Assembly (NCBI GenBank): GCA_964423225.1
Contig: CAYREE010000001.1
Coordinates: forward strand, 17,419 to 81,418
Origin: an uncultured archaeon
GTDB lineage: Archaea; Altiarchaeota; Altiarchaeia; IMC4; SCGC-AAA252-I15
Length of the DNA stretch: 64,000 bases
Reading direction: 5' to 3'
Of the stretch, positions 36,837 through 46,266 are shown in pieces (the stretch's first letter is position 1; the number at the start of each line of letters is the position of its first letter). Position numbers and translations under genes: made by a program. The notes under the pieces are model-generated. The model searched no databases. It saw only the letters and a list, made by a program, of their open reading frames with translations, and was not told the origin of the DNA.

Positions 36837-38096
36837 CCAGATATTCTTATGTCCCTCAAGCCTCTTGAACGGATTAGCCTCGTTGAAAAAAGGCAGTATG
36901 AAAAACAAGAGGGTAATTAGAAAGTAGGGGAAAAAGAAGATTATGGCGAAAAGCACTTTCAGATTAATCCGCCTCATCTTAACAGCAGCAAAAACATGAT
37001 AAAATGTCGTGAGAATCCAGGAGGTTATGAAAATCGGGAATGTTGGCGGCATCTCCCAGATTCCAGTATATACGTTATAGATGAATTCTAATGTCCCAAG
37101 CTGGCTCGACCAACCGATAAAATACTTTACAACATAAATGTTCAGGTATACTCCTTTACTGATAAAATACTCGAAATACCCCCGTAATATCTGATATAAG
37201 GTTAGAGGTATTATCATGAATCCCTGAATGAAAAAATAGATTTGATTCGGCATCCCATACAAGCCAACCAAACCATGCTTTGGATTCAATAACATATCAT
37301 TATGCTTCCTAATAACCTGGATAGTACCCCTACCCCATCTAATCCGCTGTTTTGCAATACCAAATAATGTTTGTGGAACATTCGTATACATCACAGCCTT
37401 AGACATAACGATACGATAACCCTTCTTCCTAATCCCAAGACCAATATCAAAATCCTCAGATAAAGTATCAATAGAAAATCCCCCAACCGCTTCAAGAGCC
37501 CTCCGCCTTACCGCGCAAAAACCAGGAAGCATATAATTAGTACCAATCTTGTCGAAAACATAACGCCACATAGAGCTTAAAGCATACTCAAAATCCTGAT
37601 ACCAGACAAGAGGATTCCTATTAGAGACAACAGAAATGATGCCAGAAACCGCCCCAACCCCCCCATCCTCAAAAGGCTCGGCCATACGCTTTAACGCGTC
37701 TTTATCAAGCTGTGAATCAGCATCCAGAAACAATATGACCTCGCCTGAAGATTCTGCTACACCCCGGTTTACAGCCATTGCCTTACCGACATGATCTGTT
37801 TCAACAAGCCTTAAATCCTTGTGTTTTTTAGCAAGTTTTTTTACGATATTACCAGTATCATCTTTTGATCCGTCATTTACAACCACAACATCTATTTTAC
37901 CCGGATATCCTGAATCATAGACGCTTTCAATAGTCTCACCAATAACACTCGCCTCATCGTGTGCTGGAATAACAATAGAAAGATCAGGATGATATCCTTT
38001 CTTCAACTTTCGATCGGGGGCTAATGCTATCAGATTCCACGGTACGAATGTTATGATTGATATCGTGAAAATTAATCCGAGTACCTCATTTATCAT
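36822..38096 (-). CDS. Integral-membrane family-2 glycosyltransferase, processive synthase type
   Basis: Motifs present: LSIVIPAHDEA, VVNDGSKDDT, LFLDADSQL, LSEDFDIGLG and AKQRIRWGRGT. The C-terminus has several TM helices. Confidence 0.75.
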   Translation of the reverse strand: MINEVLGLIFTISIITFVPWNLIALAPDRKLKKGYHPDLSIVIPAHDEASVIGETIESVYDSGYPGKIDVVVVNDGSKDDTGNIVKKLAKKHKDLRLVETDHVGKAMAVNRGVAESSGEVILFLDADSQLDKDALKRMAEPFEDGGVGAVSGIISVVSNRNPLVWYQDFEYALSSMWRYVFDKIGTNYMLPGFCAVRRRALEAVGGFSIDTLSEDFDIGLGIRKKGYRIVMSKAVMYTNVPQTLFGIAKQRIRWGRGTIQVIRKHNDMLLNPKHGLVGLYGMPNQIYFFIQGFMIIPLTLYQILRGYFEYFISKGVYLNIYVVKYFIGWSSQLGTLEFIYNVYTGIWEMPPTFPIFITSWILTTFYHVFAAVKMRRINLKVLFAIIFFFPYFLITLLFFILPFFNEANPFKRLEGHKNIWEKNR

Positions 38097-38120
38097 CTTT
38101 AAGATTATTTGACAGAATGC

Positions 38121-38855
38121 CTATAGCTTGGTTGAATTAACTATTAAATTATCTTCCTTTGTTTTATTCTCACATATCGAAAGATGAGGTGAATATTCAC
38201 ATAAATTAGTGGTTAATCCTGTTTTATCCATTAAGCCACAATGAGTATTCCCTTCAATAACAAGACACGGTAATTTATCCACATTATATGCATCCATTAA
38301 TGTCTTTACTGCTTGAACATCCCTATCAGCATCGAAGCTGAAGATGGTTAGCTCAGGATCAATCTGCTCGTTGATATATGAAAGGACAAAGCCCTGCTGA
38401 CCACAACGCTTATCCTGCTTACAATTCCCATAGAAATAAAGAATGATCGTCTGATTGTATACACACTGCGCCCTAACCTTTGAGATCATGGAAAACTGTA
38501 TTAGGGCACGCCGATTCAACCTGCGTTTTTCACGAAGATAAAACTCTTCCCCCCCAAAATCCTGGACAACCTCATAATACTCCTTTATCTTATTGTCAAG
38601 CTTCCAAAGACGCTGCTCAAGATAATTCAACTGTTTTATCAATGCATCACAAGAGGCATTATGCTCTTTTAGATGTTCCATCAGATAATACGAGCTCTCA
38701 ATATCTTCAAAATCCTCTAAAACATCATCCATCTTAGATACCACGACTTCCTCCCTGTTCTCATCCATGATATTATTGGTATATTTCAATACCGAAAAAA
38801 GAAGGATGGTTAATATCCCAGCCGTCAAAAAAATCTTTACATTCCCGCTCTCCAT
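38121..38855 (-). CDS. Membrane-anchored coiled-coil plus thioredoxin-fold protein (partner C, paralog of 34260..34937)
   Basis: One TM helix, a helical region, then LYFYGNCKQDKRCGQQG ... KLPCLVIEG, alignable along its length with partner A. The ATG at 38855 is preferred over 38900. It overlaps the GT2 stop. Confidence 0.5.
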   Translation of the reverse strand: MESGNVKIFLTAGILTILLFSVLKYTNNIMDENREEVVVSKMDDVLEDFEDIESSYYLMEHLKEHNASCDALIKQLNYLEQRLWKLDNKIKEYYEVVQDFGGEEFYLREKRRLNRRALIQFSMISKVRAQCVYNQTIILYFYGNCKQDKRCGQQGFVLSYINEQIDPELTIFSFDADRDVQAVKTLMDAYNVDKLPCLVIEGNTHCGLMDKTGLTTNLCEYSPHLSICENKTKEDNLIVNSTKL

Positions 38856-40105
38856 TTTACCTCTTTTCCAAAAGCTACAAAATACATGCTCAAAACCCAC
38901 ATTATTTGATATGGGATGAAAAACAACATGAAACCGATAAAACCAGTGATATTATCACGTATCCTATGGCCAATACTCTTTAACGCAATATAGGATACTA
39001 TTGCATTCAATGCCATTGGAGTCAAACCCAATAGATGATACATGCTAAGATAATTGAAATCCCATTCGAAATGCTTCTGCGCAAAAAGTACTTGTGAGAC
39101 TATATCGAAGTCTATTAGATTCATATTAGACAATGCAATATTCGTATTAGACATGATAATCACCAGAAACGAGAATGAAAGCAGGCATGCAAGAATGGTT
39201 CCGCCATAATTGACTGGAATGAAATACATGCCAAAAGTACCAAGTCTAGGATTTAAAATAACGTCCCGATGCTTTAATATCGTCTGCATTGTACCAGTAT
39301 ACCATCTCTTACGCTGATAATAAAAATCCTTGAGAGTGGAGGGTACAACAGTGTAAGCAGTTGCTTGAGTGCATACTGCAATATTCATACCCTTCTTATT
39401 CATCCTGTATGCAAGCTCCATATCCTCGACAAGATTATCCTTGTCAAAGCCGCCTATCTCCAAGACGCGATCTTTAATATATATGCTGAACTGGCCGGGT
39501 GTCACAAACATACAGTTTAGGAAAGTCCAGATCTTATTGTAAAAAGCATTTGCAAGCGCATATTCGATGGCGATAACTTTTTGGATGATGTTTTTAGCAT
39601 CCTTAACATAGATCGAGGCTGTTACAGCCGCAACATCCCTTCCTTGAAAATAAGGGAGTGTCCTATGTATGATATCAGGCTCGATGACAGTGTCTGCATC
39701 AATACAGGCAACATATTTCGTCTTAGCATGCTTGATACCCAGGTTCAATGCCTCAGCCTTTCCCTGGTTCGGATTGTTTTCAAGATATATGATCTTTCCC
39801 TCATCTGAAAACTCCTTGCATATCTCTCCAGTACGATCTTTCGACCCATCATTAACAACTATTATATCAAGCTTATCACTGGGATAATCCAGTTTTAAAG
39901 TGGATTCTATGGTATTAGCGATATTATCCTCCTCGTTATATGCGGGGATAATCACTGATACCGCTACGATATCCCCTGTTTTTCGAGGTAGTTGTTCATG
40001 AAACTCTCGTTTATTACGTATGAAAGTGACTAAAGACAACATAAAGAAGAATGTGAGTATGAACCATACAACATACAACAAGGTTAGATGTATTATAGAC
40101 GTCAT
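38837..40105 (-). CDS. Integral-membrane family-2 glycosyltransferase, processive synthase type (closest paralog of 34928..36175)
   Basis: Motifs present: VSVIIPAYNEE, VVNDGSKDRT, CIDADTVI, LVEDMELAYR and YYQRKRWYTGT. Confidence 0.75.
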   Translation of the reverse strand: MTSIIHLTLLYVVWFILTFFFMLSLVTFIRNKREFHEQLPRKTGDIVAVSVIIPAYNEEDNIANTIESTLKLDYPSDKLDIIVVNDGSKDRTGEICKEFSDEGKIIYLENNPNQGKAEALNLGIKHAKTKYVACIDADTVIEPDIIHRTLPYFQGRDVAAVTASIYVKDAKNIIQKVIAIEYALANAFYNKIWTFLNCMFVTPGQFSIYIKDRVLEIGGFDKDNLVEDMELAYRMNKKGMNIAVCTQATAYTVVPSTLKDFYYQRKRWYTGTMQTILKHRDVILNPRLGTFGMYFIPVNYGGTILACLLSFSFLVIIMSNTNIALSNMNLIDFDIVSQVLFAQKHFEWDFNYLSMYHLLGLTPMALNAIVSYIALKSIGHRIRDNITGFIGFMLFFIPYQIMWVLSMYFVAFGKEVKWRAGM

Positions 40106-40211
40106 TTTAATTCAATAAGATCAATAATTGCCCTTATTGATAGGTACACCTCCTTTAATAATAATATGGTAGGATGATAAAAACGCGATATTTAAAAGCC
40201 CTATGGAAAAA

Positions 40212-41345
40212 TCAGTCCTTGCCAATTGAGTCCTCAATAGCTTTTCTAATAATCTCAGAGCCTGAAATATTTTCACTCATCATACGATATTCCAATGCTT
40301 TTTCCCTAAAAGAATCATCATCCAGTAGAAGACGTATCTTATCGACTAGTTCATCAGCCTTAACTGAATAACTCATTTTAAAACCAAGCCCCCGATCCTG
40401 TACTACAGAGGCATTATTCTCCTGTTCATTATGTGAGATATCAGGAAATGATAATAATGGCACCCCAAGAGATAAACATTCCATAATAGTTGAATGTCCG
40501 CCACTTGTTATCACACAATCAGAAGCTTTGATGAAAGGCAGTGGATCATCAAGATATTGTTTTACAATAATATTATCAGGAAGGCATTGAAGCTCCTTCT
40601 CAGAAATACTGGGACCAAGAATAAACGTGTAATTAATCGATGGATCTATTTCTGCTGCCTCAACAACCTTTTCAAACGCTTTTTTCCTATATCCAAAACC
40701 ACCCATCATCGACAATACATGGGGTCTGCCAAGGTTAATATCCTTTATCTCAGAATATTTATTACGTACTAGAGGACCAGTAAAAATACTCTTATCCCTA
40801 AGCCTTTGATGTGGATTCAAATTCCTACAACATATCGTATGTGGATCAGGATAGTCAGGTATGAATATGCCATCAGTCCTATTGAAGATATTCACATAGA
40901 ATTTCTCTGCCATACCACCTAATACTCGGATTATCATACCATTATTTTGAAAGAATTGTCTCATATCAGTCTGATTAGAAGTTGCATAGACCGGGATTTT
41001 CTTCAGGATAGAGGCGATTATCCCAGTGTAATAAAGATCAGATATTACAATATCAGGATTGAATTCCTTAAGTATGCCTAATGTCCGGGGTGTTGATAGG
41101 ATTTTCACATTTGTCACTGTAGACCTTATTGAACGCCCCATATCCAATCTACCAGCATCTCCTAAAAGCACGATTTCAGGCGATAAGACAGGTACTTTCC
41201 CACCTTCAGCTTCTAGAATATCCTTGGAATAACCATAACCAGCATAAATAACTTCATGTCCCTGGGCAACAAGATGTCGACCGATTGTAATGCACCGAGT
41301 CGTATGACCCAAACCTTCACCGCAGACAAATATCAATACACGCAC
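40212..41345 (-). CDS. GT-B fold glycosyltransferase (GT1/GT28, MGT/MurG-like)
   Basis: Contains MRVLIFVCGEGLGHTTRCITIGRHLVAQGHEV and the C-terminal SGGHSTIMECLSLGVPLLSFP. Confidence 0.65.
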   Translation of the reverse strand: MRVLIFVCGEGLGHTTRCITIGRHLVAQGHEVIYAGYGYSKDILEAEGGKVPVLSPEIVLLGDAGRLDMGRSIRSTVTNVKILSTPRTLGILKEFNPDIVISDLYYTGIIASILKKIPVYATSNQTDMRQFFQNNGMIIRVLGGMAEKFYVNIFNRTDGIFIPDYPDPHTICCRNLNPHQRLRDKSIFTGPLVRNKYSEIKDINLGRPHVLSMMGGFGYRKKAFEKVVEAAEIDPSINYTFILGPSISEKELQCLPDNIIVKQYLDDPLPFIKASDCVITSGGHSTIMECLSLGVPLLSFPDISHNEQENNASVVQDRGLGFKMSYSVKADELVDKIRLLLDDDSFREKALEYRMMSENISGSEIIRKAIEDSIGKD

Positions 41346-41382
41346 GTAAGTTATATCATTTAACGAGAAAAAAAAGAGTGGT

Positions 41383-41994
41383 CTAATCCTTGATCATTAC
41401 ATTCCGTCTGTTTATCTCAAGTCTTCCCTCGACAAACAACTTGACAGCTTCAGAATAAATCTTATGTTCCTCTTCAAGTATGCGTAATGAAATAGTCGCC
41501 TCATCATCATCACCCAATATTTCAACTGCTTTTTGGATGATTATCGGACCATGATCAACTTTATCATCAACAAAGTGTACTGTGCATCCTGTGACCTTCA
41601 CCCCATAATCCATTGCCTGTCTTTGAGCATGTAATCCTGGAAATGAGGGAAGTAATGCCGGATGTATATTCATCATCCTATCCTTGAATTCATTTACGAA
41701 ATAGGGTGTCACAATCCTCATGTATCCTGCAAGAAGAACAAGATCCACGTCACATGATTTCAGTTCATCCACCATCTTCTTATCTGATTCTTCCCTAGAT
41801 GAATAATCTTTTGGATTAACATATACTGACTCTATCCCATGATTCTTCGCCCTTTCAAGCGCGTAAGCCTTACTATTATCCACGATCAATAAAACGATTT
41901 TAGAATCCGGTATGTATCCTGACTCGACATTTTCTATTAACGCCTGGAAATTACTACCACCCCCAGATGCCAGAACACCTATCCGTGTAACCAT
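41383..41994 (-). CDS. purN: Phosphoribosylglycinamide formyltransferase (folate-dependent)
   Basis: Contains IGVLASGGGSNFQALI, NIHPALLPSFPG and GCTVHFVDDKVDHGPII. The ATG at 41994 is preferred over the longer track start. Confidence 0.85.
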   Translation of the reverse strand: MVTRIGVLASGGGSNFQALIENVESGYIPDSKIVLLIVDNSKAYALERAKNHGIESVYVNPKDYSSREESDKKMVDELKSCDVDLVLLAGYMRIVTPYFVNEFKDRMMNIHPALLPSFPGLHAQRQAMDYGVKVTGCTVHFVDDKVDHGPIIIQKAVEILGDDDEATISLRILEEEHKIYSEAVKLFVEGRLEINRRNVMIKD

Positions 41995-42066
41995 AGGATT
42001 TAATACAGGGAAACCCCGATTAAAAAACATTGATATGTTCCTTATTGGATTTGTTACGCATAGTAG

Positions 42067-42693
42067 TCAATCATCCTTTATACAAGTGTATTGAATATAG
42101 GGGTGTGTGTGATACTTGGACTTATATCCGGATCTAGTGATTTTATGAATCTTGAATCCTGGATTCAATAATAAGGGCCTTACTTCTTCTTCCGTATAGT
42201 AAGCATAGAATTTTTCCCTATCGTATCTCTTGTCGAGCTCGAAACCTTCACCCTTCCCTTCCTTGAATGAAATATTCATTACCCCATTTTTTTTCAATAT
42301 TCGATATACATTTTCGATGATTCTACCTGCATGACTTTTCTCAACACAGAATATACTTGCTCCAAACCAGGCCCCGTCAAACAATTCATCAGGAAATGAT
42401 AATTTTCGAAAATCCATGACTTGGAAGTCTGCTTTAGGGGCTATTAATCTAGCTTTTACAATGGTTTTCTTAGATAAATCAATTCCTGTGACTCTCAGAC
42501 CATGACCTGTGAAAAACAATGCATCCCTTCCGGGACCGCATCCTATATCGATTATCCAGGCTTTTTTAGGAAGCATGTTGATGAATTCTTCTCTTTTTTT
42601 AATCTGAGCAGGTTCAAGATCCTTTGTTAATTCATGATACTTTTCAACAGTCTCATCATAAGCTTTAATATTCTTTCTAGAAAGCTTGTCCAT
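42067..42693 (-). CDS. Class I SAM-dependent methyltransferase
   Basis: Motif I IIDIGCGPGRDALFF; 208 aa. Confidence 0.7.
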   Translation of the reverse strand: MDKLSRKNIKAYDETVEKYHELTKDLEPAQIKKREEFINMLPKKAWIIDIGCGPGRDALFFTGHGLRVTGIDLSKKTIVKARLIAPKADFQVMDFRKLSFPDELFDGAWFGASIFCVEKSHAGRIIENVYRILKKNGVMNISFKEGKGEGFELDKRYDREKFYAYYTEEEVRPLLLNPGFKIHKITRSGYKSKYHTHPYIQYTCIKDD

Positions 42694-42738
42694 GAAGATA
42701 ATTTGGCTGTAAAAAGTATAATAAACAAGTCGAAAAAG

Positions 42739-44169
42739 TCAGATATCCTTAATACGTTTAGATGTAATCTTTTGAGATAAAACTGTTAGCATGAGACCGA
42801 GGAATACAAGGTAAAATGCGTCTATATTAAATCTTAATCTCTGGGGTGTTGGTACAAGCATGCCTGCTATTCCTAGAAGAATAATTGATAAAAGCATGTA
42901 TGCTAGGGTTGTGGAAAATGCATTAGGATTCTTGTATATCTTCTCCTGTATAAGAACATGGATTGTATAGACAAGGAGGAATGGCACGCCAATAATCAAT
43001 AGCCAGGAAATCCTTGAATAACCAAGCTGCCAGAAAAACAATAGATTATACAACCTATCCACAGTACTTATCTTTTTATAATTCACATCTTCACTTGAAT
43101 CGAATGGATATACCCAGTTCGAAGAAGGTAAGAAATAACGATAATAATTCTTGAAGATGACCATCAAGGTATCAACAGGTTTTTTTCCCATGAATATTAG
43201 AGCATCATCTAGATAACGATTTGAATATGTGAGATATTTGATGTGATTATGGTTCGAGTAGCCGTTAGACTTATATTCTTCGTCTAGGATAGCGACACCA
43301 TACATTTCAGGAAAGCCTGTATCCTTAATTCTGGTTAAATCAGGGGGATAAGGATCATTGAATAAGAGCATGCCAGGATAGCCGTGTTCCAGGATATAAT
43401 CTGTGCGAAAAGTCTCGGTACTATACCTTTGTATCATATCAGCTATATTAGATCCAAAAATATGTGAGGAGAAACTCAATAATCCAAAAAGCATGAAATG
43501 TTTGATGTAGATAAGAGTAAGGACTATGAAGGGTATTGAACATGCAATAAGGGTTTGCCTAGCTAGTCTGCGATTAGATGCAAATAGAAAAATGATGATG
43601 AATATAAACCAAAATAGATGAAAATATGCTCTTGTCAGACTGAGAATTCCTAGAGTCAAAAAGAATAATACACCAAAACCCATTTTTTCTTCAGTTAAAA
43701 ACTTATGTAGAAATAATGCAGATAATGTCAGGAATACAGCGACGATATAGCCATATGATAACCAGTTCTCATAGAGAACAACAGACGGGCTTGACATGAA
43801 TAATATGACAAGTATAGAAGATATCCACTGGTTTACCCCAAGTCGAATCATCAATAAAAAGAGGGCTACTGTCCAGATCAACCCCAAAACCAGATAGATG
43901 AGGAAAAAGGCCGAGGGATAATGAAATGGAAAGGCTTTTAATACTAATCCTAGAAACAGGTTATAGCCTGGCGGCTGACTCTGCAAATAAAACAGGCTCT
44001 CCAGAAGATTAGTCTGTAAAAGGATTGGATCGATATACTGCCAGTAATAGTGTATCGTCTCATAATCAAAAGAGATGCCAAAAAAATAATAATAGAATAA
44101 ACGAGAGAGTAAGACTGCGGCCAAGGATATATACAAGGCTCGACTATTGTCTCTGTAAAACATTGCCAT
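42739..44169 (-). CDS. Polytopic membrane protein, possibly GT-C (ArnT/PMT-like)
   Basis: 476 aa with more than 10 TM helices and no diagnostic motif. Its start directly abuts the folP stop. Confidence 0.35.
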   Translation of the reverse strand: MAMFYRDNSRALYISLAAVLLSRLFYYYFFGISFDYETIHYYWQYIDPILLQTNLLESLFYLQSQPPGYNLFLGLVLKAFPFHYPSAFFLIYLVLGLIWTVALFLLMIRLGVNQWISSILVILFMSSPSVVLYENWLSYGYIVAVFLTLSALFLHKFLTEEKMGFGVLFFLTLGILSLTRAYFHLFWFIFIIIFLFASNRRLARQTLIACSIPFIVLTLIYIKHFMLFGLLSFSSHIFGSNIADMIQRYSTETFRTDYILEHGYPGMLLFNDPYPPDLTRIKDTGFPEMYGVAILDEEYKSNGYSNHNHIKYLTYSNRYLDDALIFMGKKPVDTLMVIFKNYYRYFLPSSNWVYPFDSSEDVNYKKISTVDRLYNLLFFWQLGYSRISWLLIIGVPFLLVYTIHVLIQEKIYKNPNAFSTTLAYMLLSIILLGIAGMLVPTPQRLRFNIDAFYLVFLGLMLTVLSQKITSKRIKDI

Positions 44170-44994
44170 CTATACTCCCCGTATCGCATCAATAACATCC
44201 ACAACCCGCTTATTCTCAGCTACATCATGCACACGGATTAGGTCAATACCCTTCAAGACAAGATATGATGTAATTGCTAATGTTCCAGAAAGTCTTTTTT
44301 CAACAGGCTCATCCAGTATTTGACCTATAAAAGATTTTCTAGAGTGTCCAATTAGAAGTGGATATCCTAATTCCTTGAATTCGTCTATTCTTTGAATTAT
44401 CTCAAGATTATTCTCTAACGTTTTGCCAAATCCGATCCCAGGATCCAGTATTATCTTCGATTCATCTATACCCTTGGAAATCGCATATTCAACTTGTCTT
44501 TCCAGGAAATATTTGATGTCATCCACAACATCAATATAGTCTGGATTATCCTGCATATCTTTTGGATTGCCCTGCATATGCATGATGCATACAGATACAT
44601 CATAGTCTGCTATGAGTTCTGCCATGCCAGGACTTCGTAGGCCATTCACATCATTAACCATTGATGCGCCAGCATCAAGTGACTGACGCACAATTTCTGT
44701 CTTATAGGAGTCGACTGAGACGGGTATGTCCAATTGTTTAGTGATTTTTTTTATAACCGGTACGATCCTCGCCGCCTCATCAACAACAGAGAGCCTATCT
44801 GCGCCAGGACGTGTGCTTTCACCACCCACATCGATTATGCCAGCCCCAGCCACAACCATCATATTAGCATGTTCCACTGCCTTATCTAGTGTATTGTGTT
44901 GGCCGCCATCACTAAATGAATCTGGAGTAACATTTAGTATTCCCATTAATGTCGTTTTGTTCTTGTTTAAAATCATTTTTTTTACAAACTGCAT
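44170..44994 (-). CDS. folP: Dihydropteroate synthase
   Basis: Contains MGILNVTPDSFSDGG, DVGGESTRPG and GHSRKSF. Confidence 0.88.
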   Translation of the reverse strand: MQFVKKMILNKNKTTLMGILNVTPDSFSDGGQHNTLDKAVEHANMMVVAGAGIIDVGGESTRPGADRLSVVDEAARIVPVIKKITKQLDIPVSVDSYKTEIVRQSLDAGASMVNDVNGLRSPGMAELIADYDVSVCIMHMQGNPKDMQDNPDYIDVVDDIKYFLERQVEYAISKGIDESKIILDPGIGFGKTLENNLEIIQRIDEFKELGYPLLIGHSRKSFIGQILDEPVEKRLSGTLAITSYLVLKGIDLIRVHDVAENKRVVDVIDAIRGV

Positions 44995-46256
44995 TCATTA
45001 AACCATTTTTTCCTGGCTTCCCCAACAACGAAGAGGCTGCCAGTGATCAGGACAAGATCTTTTTCACATGCATCATCCAATGCTTTCATAATGCCTTCAT
45101 CCACACTCTGGCAGGCTATTGCCTTAGAGTACTTGCCTGCATCACTCATAATTATTTTTTCATCCAACGCCTTTATATCACTTGATTTAACCGCATATAC
45201 ACCCGCTGATTTTTCAGATATCATCCGGGTTAGATCAGAATGGGGTTTGTCATCGGATAATCCGAAGACTGTTATCAACCGATCATAAGCAATCAGATCA
45301 ATGGTTTGCAAGAGATTCTCGAATGCAGGCATATTATGGGCTCCATCCAGGATGACCAATGGATTCTCCTGGACAATCTCCATCCTACCAGGCCAGAAGG
45401 CTTTATTCAATCCCTCCATAATCGTGTCGGTTGATATCTCCCTGTCTAGGGCTTCAAGTACTGCTATCGCTGTTGCTGCATTTACAGCTTGATGAGGCCC
45501 GATTAATCCGAGAGATAAGTGGTATTCATTCCTTGCCTTAACATCTACTTGTTGTTGATAATCATGTATGCCTTTGTCAGTATAGGTTATGTCAACTCCC
45601 ACTTGGATAAGATTCGAATTCTTTTCACTGCATGTTTTCTTTAGGACTATTAATGGCTCTTTCTTGGTTTCCGCAGTAACAACATTGGATCCCTCAGAGA
45701 TTATGCCTGCTTTCTCACCCGCAATCTTTGAAAGAGTATCGCCAAGATATTCGGTATGCTCGAGCTCAACATTAGTTATAACCGATACATTCGAATCAAT
45801 GACATTCGTCGAATCCCATCTGCCACCAAGACCCACCTCCAATACCAATGCATCAATATCTGATTCCATAAGATATTTCAGACAAATGCATGTTGTCGCC
45901 TCAAAGAATGATGGTGGTCCGATAGTGGATTCAAGCTCGTCTATGTAGTGCCTAACTTCTGTTGTTTGTCTTGCAAACTCTTCAGGCCTGATTGGAATTC
46001 CATTCACAAAAACCCGGTCATTAAAATCCATGAGTTGGGGAGACACATATAAACCAGTCTTTAATCCATGCTCCCTCAATACACGTTCAGTCATACAGCA
46101 GACACTGCCCTTACCATTGGTGCCGCCAACATGTATGACAGGACAATCAAACTTTAATCCGATCTTGTCTGCTAACACCCGGGTATGCTCTATACGCGGT
46201 TGAATACCAAGATATTTCAATGAATAAAGATAATCAACAGACTCCTGATAATCCAT
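44982..46256 (-). CDS. folC: Folylpolyglutamate synthase / dihydrofolate synthase
   Basis: P-loop HVGGTNGKGS, with VLEVGLGGRWDSTN and the ITNVELEHTEYLG Mur-ligase motifs. The ATG at 46256 (MDYQESVDYLYSL) is preferred. Confidence 0.82.
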   Translation of the reverse strand: MDYQESVDYLYSLKYLGIQPRIEHTRVLADKIGLKFDCPVIHVGGTNGKGSVCCMTERVLREHGLKTGLYVSPQLMDFNDRVFVNGIPIRPEEFARQTTEVRHYIDELESTIGPPSFFEATTCICLKYLMESDIDALVLEVGLGGRWDSTNVIDSNVSVITNVELEHTEYLGDTLSKIAGEKAGIISEGSNVVTAETKKEPLIVLKKTCSEKNSNLIQVGVDITYTDKGIHDYQQQVDVKARNEYHLSLGLIGPHQAVNAATAIAVLEALDREISTDTIMEGLNKAFWPGRMEIVQENPLVILDGAHNMPAFENLLQTIDLIAYDRLITVFGLSDDKPHSDLTRMISEKSAGVYAVKSSDIKALDEKIIMSDAGKYSKAIACQSVDEGIMKALDDACEKDLVLITGSLFVVGEARKKWFNECSL

Positions 46257-46266
46257 GATAATAATA

